Source: Leptogorgia sarmentosa (Eukaryota). From it: 64,000 nt of DNA. The DNA lies in the NCBI GenBank assembly GCA_964658305.1, contig OZ210885.1, positions 15,996,001 through 16,060,000 of the forward strand. Reading direction: 5' to 3'. The notes under the pieces are model-generated. The model did no database searches. It was not told where the DNA came from and worked only from the letters and a program-made list of their open reading frames with translations. Positions 62,130 through 64,000 of this stretch are shown piece by piece (the stretch's first letter is position 1; every line of letters starts with the position of its first letter). The position numbers and the translations under genes are program-made.

Positions 62130-62869
62130 TAGTGATGTATATGAAGATGATATTTCCAATTTGTCAGAAAGTCACTATGAATGTTGTATATATCTAAGTG
62201 GCTTACAACGATCCTCATGAAAGTAATAGAACAAAGAGGTCATGTTAGATAAAATTTTAATTGTAAACAGAAATTATTTATCCAACATGGCAGCAGACTG
62301 TTGTTTTTAAAAATCAACAACTTTTTTATATATCAAAAAATATTTTAATAAGTAACCTTAATAATGGCAATAAATTTTTCAATGGCTATGAATATAATGA
62401 TGATTTTTTGGATAGTTTCATGTGTGACCCATGTCATTAATTCCAGAAATATATAGCCTAGCAGCTAGAATATAATATGTCATCCACCTATGATGGCCAC
62501 CATAGCTTAATTGGCTGAATTGTGACTTGTAATAAAATTTGCATTTGAGGTCCCAAGACTTGCAGAATAGCTATCACAATGGTAAAGTTGAATAAAATAA
62601 TGCTTTTTTGTTGCATTACCTGAACTAGAAATATGTGCTTTAAAATGTTTAATTATAGAATCAAATCCAGGCAGCAACACTGCAATTGATGAGGGTGAGG
62701 TCAATGATCACCATGATGGTAATTATGTTTGTCTGTTTTTTAACACAGATGATAAAATCAAAGTTGTGGTGGGATTTAAACTCTCACTTTTGTTCATTAA
62801 AATGAGATTATAAATGAAATCAGCTTTTCATATCGTTGAGGATGATAGAACCAATTTGAAACACTGCGT

Positions 62870-63020
62870 TGTCCTCCAAGACAAGCTTTAACGACTTAGA
62901 CAGATAGATAGTCTAGATTCTAGAAACCCGAAGCTGGGAGTTCAAATCCCGCTTGAGCCAACAAATTTTTCGTTAGTATTTGCAGTACCAGAAATTAAAT
63001 TAGATTTTAAACTAGTGCGA
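62870..63020 (+). mobile_element. tRNA-derived SINE-like fragment
   Basis: B-box-like GGGAGTTCAAATCCC. No complete cloverleaf. Confidence 0.4.
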
Positions 63021-63179
63021 TTTTTTTTTGTTCTGTTTAACCAGCTGTTATCCATACTCATGATGTGGAGGAGGATTTTCCGCAGATTTTGCAGCATGAA
63101 TGGCAGCTAGAGCCTCAACGTGAATGTGACATTCTGGCAAAATGTCAAAAAACGAAAAAAACGACTTTCAACTTTGACA

Positions 63180-64000
63180 AAAAACGACTGATCCGAGGAT
63201 GATAAAATGGAGGCTGTAAAAAGTTGCACATAGAAAATGCACCAAACCCACAAAATCGCGAAGATAGATCTCACTATGGTACCCTTTGCATTTCGGATAC
63301 CCGTGAACAAACGCCGTGAAAGTTTTGAAACGCCGTGTTTCCTTGCCGAAAGAAAAAGGTCAGAGGAAGTTTCACCTTTCTCAGCCCACTGTTCCCTGCC
63401 CCGAATGTGTGCACCTTCTGCTGCGTAGTGGTGCTCAAGCTCCAATTTCTCTTGTTCCTTTATTAGATGAGCCACATCATCACCATTAGCAACCCGTTGA
63501 TGAAGATGTTCGAGGGTGGATTCCAAATCGTGCATGTTTGACCGCCTTGATCGAGCTTTGCCTCGAGAAAAACGACGGATGATTTCTTTCAAGCAAGCCT
63601 TGCCCCGCGTCCCACCAAATGGCCAGAGACGAAAAAGTATCTTTCTCGGACTGCCACGAGACCCAGAAGTTACGGACCTCCATGCACAGTGTGTCATTGC
63701 GCAGCAAGGATGTGTTGAGTTTCCATACCCCAGGACCTCGTTCCGGTAGTGTTGGAAAGGCCACAATGAGCAATACATAAGAATGGTCCGAGCGAAAAAA
63801 GGGGAGAATGAATACCTCAGAGACGTGTTCGTGTAATGAAGACGAAATCCAAAACATGTCTTGTCGGGATGCCTGGGAGCCATTGGCCTGGTGCCACATA
63901 TAACTCCGCTTATCGGGATGAGTTAATCACCACATATTGACCAGATCGCACCAATCGGTGAGAGAAGATAGAGAAGCAGGCCAATTGTATGCCCAAGGAG
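63180..64000 (-). mobile_element. Tx1/L1-type LINE ORF2 remnant (endonuclease C-terminus and linker)
   Basis: SQASRQDMF, SDH, GPGVWKLNTSLL, WWD, GAHIRGREQWAEKGE. Frameshifted. Confidence 0.85.

Noticed and set aside
62920..62965. tRNA gene
   Set aside because: Only a T-arm/B-box-like motif is present, with no acceptor, D or anticodon stems. It is better explained as a SINE remnant.

Overview
This is AT-rich, intron-containing animal DNA. An invertebrate, plausibly an anthozoan cnidarian, is an inference from the repeat repertoire. The window is almost entirely a nest of mobile elements, and no complete host gene was recognised. Ordinary content: a BEL/Pao LTR retrotransposon (9879-18097, TSD TATTA), a PIF/Harbinger element (21333-24237, TSD TTA), DIRS, Penelope, Tc1, L2/CR1-type and Tx1/L1 remnants, and several palindromic MITEs. 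Three less ordinary structures stand out. (1) A 20.8-kb DNA element (31888-52648) has ~29-bp CAGGGGG terminal inverted repeats and a TA duplication, and splits a LINE reading frame cleanly. Its ~11.4-kb backbone carries a DxxH-type DDE transposase fused to an OTU protease and a CXC domain, a spliced DUF3987-like helicase remnant, and inverted subterminal 9-bp satellites. A related cassette (paralogous transposase-OTU-CXC, a spliced DUF927/SF3-like helicase and a 20-bp satellite) occupies ~1-18500. (2) A 9.3-kb Zator-like element (32780-42119; 41-bp TIRs; 3-bp ATT TSD) is nested in that satellite. It encodes a vertnin-like OTU-transposase-2xSAP-Tudor fusion plus two divergent paralogous cargo genes. 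(3) A ~2.5-kb genomic block containing a SAMHD1-like exon sits antisense inside the BEL pol gene. Domain calls come from motif recognition by eye and need HMM or structure confirmation.
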